50,232 bases of DNA from an uncultured Acidimicrobiales bacterium (GCA_943788915.1 CALSSD010000031.1:1-50232); one strand, 5' to 3'; counted from the first letter of the stretch, positions 1 to 9,961 are shown. Program-made: numbers and translations. Notes: generated from the sequence alone by a model not told the origin.

Positions 1-2
1 TG

Positions 3-467
3 TCCGCCCCGGACATGTTTTCCGCAGGGCTACTTTGGCAAGGACTTTTCAATGGTGCCTTCAAGTCATTGATCCGCCGCGAGCACGGAACTCATGGTGT
101 CGTGGAAGTTCGCCCTACGAAGGATCTCATTCACTCGGAGCGAGCCTGGCTCTTTGGCCTCTCCTTACTCGGCGAGTTCGTGTTTGACGAACGGGCATCG
201 ATGCGCAAGCGGTACCGCACGGGCAGCGTCAGCGATGTATGGGAGCCGAACGACTCGCATTTTCAGAGTGTGGTCGACGTGATGGCATCATACGTAGACG
301 ACTTCATCGCCGATACGAATCGACAGAAGCGCCTACGGTTCAACTTGTATTTCAACCTTCTTCGATGGGTCAACCACCCCGCCAACGCAACGGTTGCGCG
401 ACCTGCTTTCGCGGACTTGATGCCGGACGACGCTGCACGAGCGACCAACGCTGGAGGCATTCCGTAG
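3..467 (+). CDS. 3' part of probable family-2 glycosyltransferase (5' truncated by window edge)
   Basis: Frame open from window start; segment WLFGLSLLGEFVFDERASMRKRY resembles the GT2 C-terminal region; neighbours are GTs. Confidence 0.45.
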   Translation, partial: SAPDMFSAGLLWQGLFNGAFKSLIRREHGTHGVVEVRPTKDLIHSERAWLFGLSLLGEFVFDERASMRKRYRTGSVSDVWEPNDSHFQSVVDVMASYVDDFIADTNRQKRLRFNLYFNLLRWVNHPANATVARPAFADLMPDDAARATNAGGIP

Positions 468-496
468 GGCAATCCTGCAATCAGGATCGTGCGCTC

Positions 497-1420
497 CTAG
501 TCAATCACGGTGAGATTGGAGCGCCGAAGAAGATCGTCGCGTTCGGGCTCTTCAAGAGTCTCGAACCCAGACCGTGTTATCTCGTGGGGCCACCAGTGCT
601 CCCGTCGCGTCATGAGATTTACCTGAAATGCATCCCGCATATGTGGTGATCTTCGACCTCGATGGAGCGCGTGTGCATCAAAGAACACCAAGCTGCCGGC
701 AGGCGCTGCGACTTCATACTCATCAAAGCCATACGCATCGACGACCATTGCGACCTCGCCTTCTGGAAAGAAGTTCCGCATGCGTCGCCGTTCGGCGAAC
801 AGCAGGCGATGCGACCGACGCAACAACACCGTGGTTGTCCCGCCAGGCTCGACATCGGTCAGAAGCAAAAACACATTGAGCTTTCGGCCGCGTGCATCAT
901 GGTGCCATCCCGAGAAGCCACTGCGATCGTCGATGGACCCTGCGAGTGTGCGCGTCGCGATCATTGCCTGGTAGCCCCACCGAGGGCCGAGATAACTGGC
1001 GGCGACAGAACACAGCTCAGGCAGTAGCAGGAACCGCAAATAGCTCGGGATTACTGCCAGCGGGTCGTGCGATCGGAGAATCCGTTGATCGGATTGGCGC
1101 TGATGCACCTCGTACTCGATGGACCCGCCTGTAGACCGCGATCGGAGTCGCTGCTTCCCGGTCAATGTCGGTAGTTGTCTGGCGAATTCGTCGAGGTCAG
1201 ATCGCGCCTGCGAAATCAGGTCGTCCGAGACCGCACCAGGGACTATGGAAACACCTTGACGAGCAATCTCAGCTGCGACAACGCTGGTGTCCCGCCGTCT
1301 GCGGCCCAGCGGGCCGAGCCATGCGGCATCAACGCACTGTCGACCCACTTCGAAAAGGTCGCGAGGGTGTCGCAATACAGTTCGAAGCTCCCTCGGCGAG
1401 TAGACGCCGTCTATGGCCAC
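497..1420 (-). CDS. Phytanoyl-CoA dioxygenase (PhyH) family Fe(II)/2OG dioxygenase
   Basis: WHHD (HxD) ... LLLTDV ... SH ... AGSLVFFDAHALHRG (distal His, Arg). Confidence 0.8.
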   Translation of the reverse strand: MAIDGVYSPRELRTVLRHPRDLFEVGRQCVDAAWLGPLGRRRRDTSVVAAEIARQGVSIVPGAVSDDLISQARSDLDEFARQLPTLTGKQRLRSRSTGGSIEYEVHQRQSDQRILRSHDPLAVIPSYLRFLLLPELCSVAASYLGPRWGYQAMIATRTLAGSIDDRSGFSGWHHDARGRKLNVFLLLTDVEPGGTTTVLLRRSHRLLFAERRRMRNFFPEGEVAMVVDAYGFDEYEVAAPAGSLVFFDAHALHRGRRSPHMRDAFQVNLMTRREHWWPHEITRSGFETLEEPERDDLLRRSNLTVID

Positions 1421-1960
1421 AACTGCTCCCTCCTCTTAACCCTGGTCAGTTGTTCCTTGCAGCATCAGGCCGCTATCAAACAAGCCGTGCGAGCCCAAGG
1501 AGACTCTAGCTCAGGTGCCGTTGCGCATCAGCCAGACGGATGTGCACCGAACCTCAGGCGCTGGCGTTGCGGGAACGTTCCCGAACGAGCCACTTGTCGA
1601 GGTCGAGGTCACGACGGCGAAAGTGATGAGCGCTCCATTGTCGTGGGATGTCGGCAATGGCAACGAAGTGAGTGCGCTAGCGGGCGCGCCAGCGCGGCTT
1701 CAAGGCCATGACGATGCGGATTCAGCCCCAGACAAAACCATCGCTCATCATTGTTCGCGACAGTCGTCCTCACAGGAGGCAGACCCCTTGGGGCTTCCCG
1801 CGCGGACGCCCACGCACGCCGGCGAATAGTGTGATGATGCAATGGCCTGGAACCGATGAGGAGGCCAATTCTCCTGAGGTCCACTGGTAATCGAGGAAGA
1901 AACGCCCGCCCTCGGTCAGATCCGCCGCTTGCTCGATCGGGGGCCAACTATATTGTGGCG

Positions 1961-2722
1961 ATGACAAACCCTCGGGTCGCAGCGTTCACGATGGTTCGCG
2001 ACGAGTCAAACTTCCTCGATATCTGGCTTCGCCATTACCAGACCGTATTACCCCAGGCCGATTTAGTCGTGCTCGACCACCTGACCAGCGACGACAGCAT
2101 CAAGCATGCAGCCCAGGTGCACAACTTCCAAGTCAAGCCAGTTAATCATCCCGCATACGACGACTTCGGATGGTATACGGAACGTATCGAAGCCGAACAG
2201 CGGGAATTGCTCAACGACTACGATGTTGTGGTCTTCGCCGAATCCGACGAACTTCTCTGGCATCCTGACGGCCTTTCGGCCGTGGTTTCTCGCCTCAAGC
2301 ACGACGCTATTCGCGCCGTGGGGTGGCAGGTCATCGAGCAACCCGACGAACCCCCGGTCGTCGTCGACCGAACACTGTTACCACAGCGCAGTACATGGTT
2401 TCGCCGGCCGACTTTTGACAAGACGCTGATTACTACCGTCCCGCTGAAGTACTCACACGGGTTCCACCATGCCGAGCCAGAACAGCCACGTGACGATGAC
2501 CTGCTGCTCATCCATCTGCACACCATCGACAAGCGTTGGGCCCGAGAGAAGAAACGCCGCATCGTCACCTACGCGGACTATGACCAGCAAACCAAGCAAA
2601 CCAACCTCGGTTGGCACAATCGAGTCGTTGACGACGAATTCGATCGGTGGTGGTCCAACCTCGAACTGCAGTTCAGGATGGAACCAATTCCCCAGGCAAT
2701 CAGCGATGCCTTTCCCACATGA
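1961..2722 (+). CDS. Glycosyltransferase family 2-like (Glyco_tranf_2_4 type)
   Basis: AFTMVRDESNFLDIWLRHY ... VLDHLTSDDS ... AESDELL; TATATT 6 nt before ATG 1961 suggests a leaderless start. Confidence 0.75.
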   Translation: MTNPRVAAFTMVRDESNFLDIWLRHYQTVLPQADLVVLDHLTSDDSIKHAAQVHNFQVKPVNHPAYDDFGWYTERIEAEQRELLNDYDVVVFAESDELLWHPDGLSAVVSRLKHDAIRAVGWQVIEQPDEPPVVVDRTLLPQRSTWFRRPTFDKTLITTVPLKYSHGFHHAEPEQPRDDDLLLIHLHTIDKRWAREKKRRIVTYADYDQQTKQTNLGWHNRVVDDEFDRWWSNLELQFRMEPIPQAISDAFPT

Positions 2723-3552
2723 GGGGGCGCCGACCCCGCGTGGGTTGCAGATTCAGGGGCGGGCTGGCAAACCAGATGTTCACTGTTGCTACGACTCTCG
2801 CCTATGGGTGGCGACACAACCTCGACATCACGATCTCCGCTCGTCAGCTCACTTCAGCTGCCAATACGCAGTTTGCAGGACGCAACTCGGTGATGCCGCT
2901 CTTCCGCGAGATCCCGCGATCGTGGAAACGAACTGCCATCAACGCGTCGACCCGGCGAGACCGTTTCGAGCTCCACGAGTTCGCTCCGATCGGCCCACCT
3001 CAAGACGAGAACGACATCGTTCTGGACGGACTCTTCGGACACTGCGGGTATTTCGACGATGCCCGAAACCAGCTCCTTCAGGTTTTCCGGCCTCAGCACC
3101 GCACCGCTGCTGCTCTCGATGCCAGGTTCGCATCTCTGTTCGATGGCGAGACTGTGAGCGTAAGCATCAGACGCGGGGACTACTTGCGACAGAGAACGCT
3201 GCGCCGCTACGACCTCGAGCTGGACTATTACCAGCGGGCGCTGGATCTGCTGCCACCAGCCGCCAACGTCCTCGTCTTCAGCGACGACATCGACTGGTGC
3301 AAGGACAACCTCTACTTTGATCGACCAACGGACTATGTCGTCGGGGGCTCAGCCCTGGCTGACATGTACCTCATTAGCCGTTGCACGCATCATGTGATCT
3401 GCAACTCGACGTTCGCCTGGTGGGGCGCATGGCTCGACGACAAGAGTGAGGGACTTACGGTCCAACCGGCTCAATGGTTTACGAGTCAATTCATCGACAA
3501 GCTCGGCCGCGACCCAATCGCCCACGATCCCGATGGATGGCTCAGCATCTGA
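2719..3552 (+). CDS. Alpha-1,2-fucosyltransferase-like, GT11
   Basis: GGLANQMF, SIRRGDY, VFSDDIDWC, NSTFAWWGAWL motifs; ATGA overlap with upstream GT. Confidence 0.88.
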   Translation: MRGRRPRVGCRFRGGLANQMFTVATTLAYGWRHNLDITISARQLTSAANTQFAGRNSVMPLFREIPRSWKRTAINASTRRDRFELHEFAPIGPPQDENDIVLDGLFGHCGYFDDARNQLLQVFRPQHRTAAALDARFASLFDGETVSVSIRRGDYLRQRTLRRYDLELDYYQRALDLLPPAANVLVFSDDIDWCKDNLYFDRPTDYVVGGSALADMYLISRCTHHVICNSTFAWWGAWLDDKSEGLTVQPAQWFTSQFIDKLGRDPIAHDPDGWLSI

Positions 3553-3574
3553 CAGGATCTCCAACCGTGTCGGC

Positions 3575-4785
3575 TCAGCGAAGCCGGCGATGCCTCTTGA
3601 TGGAGCTGACGAGTCGACGGGCCAGCGACAGCGTTGTCTGAGGGAGGCTTTGTGAGTCGTGTCGCAGGTCGGAGTTCGGCGCTGACTTCTCGGCTGTGTC
3701 GGAAGGCGCACTGGTGTGTTCACGAAGTTTCGCAGCAAAGGCTTTCAGGCTCTCTCCACCGAAGTATTTTCCGTGGCCTCCGGGGATCGCCTGAGGGCCA
3801 GCTGCTGGGAAGTCGGAGCGCCAGTCGATCGGCCGATCAGTCCAATCCTTGAGAGCGAACGTTGCAGAGTCGTCCATTCCTTGCAGCAACACGACCGGGC
3901 CGTCGTATCGGCCGAAGGAGAACATCCAGTTGAGCAGCACCAGCGGATGAGGTTCCGAGCCGAACTGTCGAGCCTTGCGGGCCACCGCGAGCGCAATGAT
4001 GGCGCCCGAACAGTTTCCGCCGATGACAAGTGGCTCGTCGAGGTGCAAGCTCAAGATCTCGGCTAGGTATCGGTAGCTCACCGTGTCGAGGATCTCCGAT
4101 GTGAGTTCATCGATCTCCACCAGCCGGTCGAGCGACCTCAGACCATAGAGCGGCTGATCGGGGCCGAGCGCTTCAGCGAGGGTCCGGAACTCGTGGTTCG
4201 ACTGGCATACCCAAATGACCGGTATTCGTGTGCCGGTCGTGTTCGCACCAACCATGAGGCTCGCGTCAGAGAGTCGGTCGCCGTTCCACGTCACGAGCAT
4301 CGTCTCCGAACGACGCATCAACTGACGCACCGAAACCACACCTGACCCAGGACCCAGTGACTCGGCATCGTTGGCCCTGGCCTCATCCACCAGCGCAACC
4401 AGATTCGACAGCACCGGATTCTCGAAAAACCGCTGGATCGGGATCTGAACACCGAACTCGTCCTCGATTGTCACGATCATCTCCGCGAACTTCAAAGAAT
4501 CGCCGCCCAGATCAAAGAAGCCAGCAGACGACCGAGAATCGGCCTCAAGACCCAGCACCTGGCACCAGCGGTTGGAAATACGCGCGAGCGAGGAATGGCT
4601 CTCGACGGGTGTCGACGCTGGTTCGGCCAACGTGTTTGACACCGTCGACCAGGTCCCTTGCTCATAGCCAGCAACCAGTTGTTTGCGATCGACCTTGCCT
4701 GTGCGGGTCCTCGCAAAGTGATGCTCGCCCAACGCGATCAGATGCTTGGCAGAAATTCCACAATGCTGGGCAACGAGTCGCTTGA
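3575..4785 (-). pseudogene. 5'-truncated NRPS-like gene: end of A domain, carrier domain, thioesterase-like domain
   Basis: RTRTGKVDRKQL (A10), FFDLGGDSL (phosphopantetheine site), GGNCSG and GGHG in TE; upstream part of the listed ORF is only antisense to another fragment; 5' junction approximate. Confidence 0.75.
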
Positions 4786-5207
4786 GTCTGAAAAGCCTGG
4801 TCTGGTATCGACCTGAAGAATTTGACCGCCTCAGTCTCGAGGTTCCTGCCACCCTCAGCGAACTCGAAGAAATGGTGGTCGAAATGCGCGAGCAAGGTGC
4901 AACACCATGGTGCTTTGGGCTCGAAGCGCAGGGGGCGACCGGTTGGGCCGCTACGGACTGGATAGAGGACATGGTTCTACGCATGTCTGGGCCTGATATA
5001 TACGAGCGCTGGATGGCTGGTGACGTAGCGTTTTCTGATCCGGCGATACGCGAACCTTTCGAGGCCTTCAGAAGCTTGGTGCTTGTGCCTGGCAGCGTTG
5101 CCGGCGGCATCCCTGGAGTTCTTCGAACCAGCGTCAGCGATTCGGCCTCAGGACTCTTTGGCGAACCGGCCGACTGCGTACTCCACCGACAAGCAAGCTA
5201 TGTGACC
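4785..5207 (+). pseudogene. Internal fragment of sugar ABC substrate-binding protein (AglE-like)
   Basis: KSLVWY, PWCFGLE, ATGWAATDWIED, HRQASY motifs; no signal peptide or C-terminus; boundaries approximate. Confidence 0.75.
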
Positions 5208-5417
5208 ACCCAGATGCACACCGTTGACGGCAACGACATCTGCCGTGTCCATATCAAACCGTGTGGTTTCCCTGTCGACGCCAAAGTCACCGAAATCAAA
5301 AAAGGCCAACACGTCAAGGCCGAGAACTTCTACACCCGCATCAACAACGGCACCCACAAATTCATCGACGACGATCAGAAGCAGAAGTACATCTCACAGC
5401 GGTGGCCAAGCCAATGA
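5202..5417 (+). pseudogene. C-terminal fragment of Schlafen/AlbA_2-type domain (as found at the end of some type I HsdR proteins)
   Basis: TVDGNDICRVHIKP ... FYTRINNGT ... YISQRW matches AlbA_2 C-terminal pattern; fused in frame to the SBP fragment. Confidence 0.55.
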
Positions 5418-5523
5418 GCCGCACGCCCGACGAACCCATGACTACTGATGAGATCTTCGACTACTGGCCTCGGGTGTGGTTCCGCCAAGATCCTGAACTT
5501 GAACACTCCCCGGAGGCATTCAC

Positions 5524-6396
5524 CTGAAAGACGGTCAGTATTTGGCCAGCACGGCTATCTCGATGAAAAACGATCGAGAGATCAGCGAACGGTGGTTGCA
5601 GGATCGACTGATCGCCGACCCGGCCTTACTCGGGCTTGGAGACCTCGATGTAAAGGATTCAGAGCGCGTCCAAACTGGGGGTGGCCGACTTGATCTATTG
5701 CTATTCGATCCCGAGGCGAATAGCCGCTACGAGGTCGAGATCCAGCTCGGGCCAACCGACCCATCACATATCATTCGATGCATCGAGTATTGGGATACCG
5801 AAAGACGCAAGTACCCGCAGTACGAGCATGTCGCAGTTCTCATCGCCGAGGACATCACCTCACGCTTCTTCAACGTTATCAGCCTATTCAATTCCGCTAT
5901 CCCGATCATCGCGATCCAGGCCCGGATGCTTGAAGTCGGTGATCATTTCACGTTGTCGTTCACCAAGGTGCTCGATGTTTTATCTCTCGGCACCGAAGAG
6001 GAAGATGAGGGCAGTTTCCCAGTCGATCGTTTGTATTGGGAAAAGAAGACGGGTGTCGGATCGCTTCCGATTGTCGTTGGACTAATGACGCTCGTGAACG
6101 AGGTCGATCCCGATGTCACCCTCAACTACAACCGAAACTACATAGGCCTGGCCCGAGGCGGCCGCGCTGATAACTACATCGCTTTCAAGCCACGATCAAC
6201 TACCCCGATCCGGTGTGTCTTCGAGATCCGCATTCCAAAGAAACCCGAGATCGATGAGTTGATTGACGAAGCAGGGTTCAACCAAATCGCCTATTCCCAG
6301 CGCTACCGTCAATACCGACTTGTGCTCTATCCTGCCGATCTCGAAGAACGCTCCGATGTTATTGCAACTCTGATCCGGGAGGCTCACCAGCCATAG
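5524..6396 (+). CDS. PD-(D/E)XK-fold NucS/DUF91-like nuclease with DUF5655-like C-terminal region
   Basis: ERWLQD ... GRLDLL ... YEVEIQLG ... HIIRCIEYW; GGAGG at 5512-5516 precedes an in-frame CTG at 5524 (TTG 5542 is an alternative start). Confidence 0.65.
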   Translation: MKDGQYLASTAISMKNDREISERWLQDRLIADPALLGLGDLDVKDSERVQTGGGRLDLLLFDPEANSRYEVEIQLGPTDPSHIIRCIEYWDTERRKYPQYEHVAVLIAEDITSRFFNVISLFNSAIPIIAIQARMLEVGDHFTLSFTKVLDVLSLGTEEEDEGSFPVDRLYWEKKTGVGSLPIVVGLMTLVNEVDPDVTLNYNRNYIGLARGGRADNYIAFKPRSTTPIRCVFEIRIPKKPEIDELIDEAGFNQIAYSQRYRQYRLVLYPADLEERSDVIATLIREAHQP

Positions 6397-6398
6397 CG

Positions 6399-6488
6399 GC
6401 GAGCAACCTGTTCGCGTACGACGATCTCGACGAGCTTGCCGTTGAGCTTGTTGCGTTGGCGAAGCACAACCAGGCTCGCTTGTCGTGA
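6399..6488 (+). pseudogene. Probable extreme C-terminus of a type I restriction subunit HsdR
   Basis: ASNLFAYDDLDELAVELVALAKHNQARLS* with no start; its stop overlaps (GTGA) the M48 start, as in hsdR-ygjP operons. Confidence 0.5.
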
Positions 6489-7204
6489 CACCACCGTCGC
6501 TGCTTCAGGTCGATGATCTTTCGTTGACGGTCGCGACCAGCGCCGAGCGGACGACACTTGAACTTGTTGTTGACCGCGACGCCAGCCTCATCGTCAAGGC
6601 ACCTGAGTCGGCGACCATCGAAGGCATCGAGCAGTTCGTGAACACGAAGCGGGCCTGGATCTATCGCAAGCTCGCGGAGAAGGACGCACTGGTCGGAGCG
6701 CCTGTGGTGAAGCAGTTCGTCGACGGCGAAGGCTTCGCCTACCTCGGCCGCAGTTACCGGCTGCGACTCGACTATGCAGTAAGCCAGGTGCGTCTTGACC
6801 GCGGCCGATTCGTCATGCCGGTGCTGGCAGCATCTGAAGGCACGGCAGCAATGAGATCGTGGTACACGTTCACAGGTCGACAATGGCTTGCCAAACGGGT
6901 ACGGCCGTGGGCGGCCCGATTGGGTGTCGATGACGTTGTTGTCGAAGTGAAGGACCTCGGCTACCGATGGGGCTCAGCGCGGCCGACCGAAGGGCCACAG
7001 CGGGTCAACATTCACTGGGCGACCTTGCAGTTATCGCCCAGTCTTATCGACTACGTCCTGGCCCACGAACTCGCACACCTTCGTGAAGCCAACCACACGC
7101 CGGAGTATTGGGCTTTGCTCGGCAAGCTCATGCCTGGCTTCGAGACCCACAAGGCCAACCTCGCCGTAATCGGCAAGAACGTCTGGTTTGGGCGAACGTC
7201 GTAG
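6485..7204 (+). CDS. M48/YgjP (DUF45) family metal-dependent hydrolase, typical of type I RM loci
   Basis: GEGFAYLGRSYRL, RWGS, LIDYVLAHELAHLREANH (HExxH). Confidence 0.88.
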   Translation: MTPPSLLQVDDLSLTVATSAERTTLELVVDRDASLIVKAPESATIEGIEQFVNTKRAWIYRKLAEKDALVGAPVVKQFVDGEGFAYLGRSYRLRLDYAVSQVRLDRGRFVMPVLAASEGTAAMRSWYTFTGRQWLAKRVRPWAARLGVDDVVVEVKDLGYRWGSARPTEGPQRVNIHWATLQLSPSLIDYVLAHELAHLREANHTPEYWALLGKLMPGFETHKANLAVIGKNVWFGRTS

Positions 7205-7326
7205 CCAGAGTGTCGACAGGACAGCGGTTCGACTCACCTGCGGTCTTGGAGGGACCACGGGGAAGTGGCCGACATCGACACGGCACATCAGCGACTCGAC
7301 AACTGTTGCAACTGTCGATCAACACG

Positions 7327-8400
7327 CTACACATCGCCCCTCTTTCGCTGCCGGTATCGCTTTGCTCGGTTCGCGTCGTTGGCGCGCTTGCAGGCCAGGG
7401 AGCCGCAGGTTTTATTTCGGTCGTGGCGCGGCTGTCGGTCGCTGTCGATTTCAGCGTCGCAGTAATCACAGAAGGCAAGCCCGTAACCCCGTTCGATTGC
7501 TAGCAACACCTGGAGCGCAATGAGATGCAGAACGCCTCTCGGCTTCATCTTCAACCTCGGGAGCCCATCGTGCGAACCCCAGTCGATGTCAGTGTCGAAA
7601 CTCCCGCCGTACTGAAGCGCTCCGACTGTGAAGCTCTCGATCAGTACCTTGGAATCTACTTCGTGGTCGAGCAGGCGACGAGTTGTCATGTCCCAATCCG
7701 ACCTTGGCGCTGAAAAGTCCAACTCGTATCCAGAGTTCACACGGTTGCCGTATAGGTACACGCCGGGGACTCTCCATTCATCCCGTGGGTAGCCGACCCA
7801 GCCCCACGGAACGTCAGCGTCGATCAAGTCGCGATCGTCGGAATAGTCATGCAGCGCTAGGAGATCTTCGATCCTTCGATGTGCCTCCGGTCTCATGGAC
7901 ATCAATTGAATGGCGAGCTGAAGAATGTCTCCAACGATTCGCGAACACAGTCGCCATTCCTCGGTTGATTCGAGAACAAAGTCAAGATCGTTGTCCGTCA
8001 GGTGACCCGACTCGACGGCTTGACTGGCAACTTCCCTAAACCATGGTTCGCTGGTGTAATCGTTGCCGACGCGAGGCCTGGGATCTGGCCCTTCACCATC
8101 GTCGCGATAATCCCCGTTCGGCTCGGAGCGGCGCTTGAATGCCAGCGGCCCCCATTGCCTGGCGAACCGCTCGATCCGAGCATCTGGTGCATTTCGCAAC
8201 TTGATCAACTCGTCGAGCATGCCCGCCGTTGATCCTTCACGAGTTGTACCCGGACCTCTCCATATGAGGGCGTCATTAACGCGTATGAGGTCGGGTACAC
8301 GGAAGTTCGCCTCCGCTACCCATCTGCCGATCATGCCTTGAGCGGTCCCGAGGCCACCAACCTGCAACTGCGTTAGTAACGGAGCGTCACGTGTCGTCAC
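7327..8400 (-). CDS. Hypothetical protein with C-terminal CGNR-like zinc finger and basic tail; possible element regulator
   Basis: CDYC ... CGSLACKRANDANRAKRYRQRKR; divergent from xis; TACAGT 8 nt upstream of GTG. Confidence 0.55.
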   Translation of the reverse strand: MTTRDAPLLTQLQVGGLGTAQGMIGRWVAEANFRVPDLIRVNDALIWRGPGTTREGSTAGMLDELIKLRNAPDARIERFARQWGPLAFKRRSEPNGDYRDDGEGPDPRPRVGNDYTSEPWFREVASQAVESGHLTDNDLDFVLESTEEWRLCSRIVGDILQLAIQLMSMRPEAHRRIEDLLALHDYSDDRDLIDADVPWGWVGYPRDEWRVPGVYLYGNRVNSGYELDFSAPRSDWDMTTRRLLDHEVDSKVLIESFTVGALQYGGSFDTDIDWGSHDGLPRLKMKPRGVLHLIALQVLLAIERGYGLAFCDYCDAEIDSDRQPRHDRNKTCGSLACKRANDANRAKRYRQRKRGDV

Positions 8401-8476
8401 GCTAAAGCACTGTACCGCCTGGGTTCATGCATGTTCTCCTAAGCACGTACACACCGTCTAAGGAGATGAGACAAAG

Positions 8477-8668
8477 ATGATGCATTCATACAGTGGAGCC
8501 GCCGAGTGGCTTGGGATTGGCAAGACGCTCTTGTTCGAAGAAGTCGCAAACGGACGGATTCTGCCGGTACGGATCGGCCGCCGTGTTCTCTTCCCCACGG
8601 CCAGCCTGGAAGACTACGAACAGCTTTTAGTCGAAGAAGCGCTTGCCGAAGGAAAGGGGCGGCTGTGA
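8477..8668 (+). CDS. xis: Excisionase-type HTH (HTH_17) protein
   Basis: AAEWLGIGKTLLFEEVANGRILPVRIGRRVLFP; AGGAG RBS. Confidence 0.85.
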   Translation: MMHSYSGAAEWLGIGKTLLFEEVANGRILPVRIGRRVLFPTASLEDYEQLLVEEALAEGKGRL

Positions 8669-8889
8669 TCAACCGGCGCATTTCAAGGCCCATCGAGCGG
8701 CTCGGCGAGGTGCATCGACTGCTGCTCGATGGGGAGGCAGAAGGCCGTGCGAACCCAGTGATGGTTCGCTCACTAATTTCCGAGTTGCGCAAGTGCGCTG
8801 CTTTGATCGAGAGCTGGCTGAACCAGCTTGAGCGGCGACCAACTCTTGGTGCACTCCGGCGACAGGAGAAGCGCCGTGACTCTGCCTGA
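8665..8889 (+). CDS. Small hypothetical element protein (74 aa)
   Basis: GTGA overlap with xis stop and overlap with next gene; fills the operon. Confidence 0.5.
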   Translation: MINRRISRPIERLGEVHRLLLDGEAEGRANPVMVRSLISELRKCAALIESWLNQLERRPTLGALRRQEKRRDSA

Positions 8890-9961
8890 AGAAACCGAGC
8901 AGTTGTTGTCAGATTTGCGCACTCTGATTGAGACGTTCGTGGCGTGGCCGGAATCGCATCACGGTGCTGTCGTGGCAGCATGGGTTCTTCATGCTCATAC
9001 GATCGAGGCCTTCGATTCGACACCGCGACTTGCGCTGATGTCAGCCGAGAAGCAATCGGGTAAGACCCGTGCTCTCGAAGTGCTTGATCTTGTCGTCCCA
9101 AGGTCTGCGATGAGGTCGTCGATGTCAGCGCCATCTCTGTTCCGCATGATCGACAAGAAGCAACCGACGGTGCTCCTAGATGAGGTCGACACGATCTTTG
9201 GCCGAGCGACGGAGACATTCGAGGAGCTGAGGGGAATGTTGAACTCAGGTCATCGGCGCGGAGCGACTGTGTCTCGCTGTACGGGCGACGGCGGGAACAT
9301 ACGCGAGACCGAGTTCCGCGTGTTTTGCGCGACGGCGCTTGCTGGAATTGGTGATCTTCCGGACACCGTTACTGACCGCTCGATCTTGATTCGGATGAAG
9401 CGGCGGAACCCAGCGGATCGAGTTGAACCATTTCGCCATCGAGCGGCAAAGGTGGAAGCCGACGTCATCAAGGAACGCTGTGAGGCGTGGGCGGCCGCTG
9501 CTGTTCCGGCGCTTGACGGCAACTACCCGGAGATGAGTCCACTCGCAGATCGTCCGGCCGATGTATGGGAACCACTCTTTGCGATAGCGGATTTGGCAGG
9601 GGATGACTGGTCAGGATGGATTCGAGCGGCTGCTGGCGTAATGACGGGCACGGGGTCAGAGGGAAACCAGAGCCTAGGTGTGCGGTTGCTTGCAGATTGC
9701 CGACAAGTATTCGCCGCCAGCAATGCCGAGCGATTCCCGTCCGCTCAGCTCGTCGCATCGCTAAATGCAATCGAAGAAGCGCCGTGGGGTGATCTACAGG
9801 GGCGACCACTCGACGCTCGTCGGCTCGCCCAGCAGTTGAGGCCCTTCGACGTTCGGCCGCGCAAGATCAGGCTGAGCGAGAGCGACGTAACGTTGCAGGG
9901 CTACACGCGCCGTGTCTTTCATGATGCTTGGCAGCGTTATCTCCCGGCCGAAGGCTCATAA
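8876..9961 (+). CDS. DUF3631-domain P-loop NTPase (putative replication protein of the element)
   Basis: Walker A SAEKQSGKT, Walker B LLDEVD, LNSGHRRG, DRPADVWEPL, C-terminal LQGY...DAWQRYL; AGGAG before GTG 8876. Confidence 0.82.
   Translation: MTLPEETEQLLSDLRTLIETFVAWPESHHGAVVAAWVLHAHTIEAFDSTPRLALMSAEKQSGKTRALEVLDLVVPRSAMRSSMSAPSLFRMIDKKQPTVLLDEVDTIFGRATETFEELRGMLNSGHRRGATVSRCTGDGGNIRETEFRVFCATALAGIGDLPDTVTDRSILIRMKRRNPADRVEPFRHRAAKVEADVIKERCEAWAAAAVPALDGNYPEMSPLADRPADVWEPLFAIADLAGDDWSGWIRAAAGVMTGTGSEGNQSLGVRLLADCRQVFAASNAERFPSAQLVASLNAIEEAPWGDLQGRPLDARRLAQQLRPFDVRPRKIRLSESDVTLQGYTRRVFHDAWQRYLPAEGS

Noticed and set aside
1421..1960. Genes or ncRNA in the PhyH-GT gap
   Set aside because: Short ORFs lack recognisable motifs; no convincing structure
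4786..5110. N-terminal part of ORF 3575-5110 as real NRPS sequence
   Set aside because: It is the antisense of the SBP fragment and has no A-domain motifs
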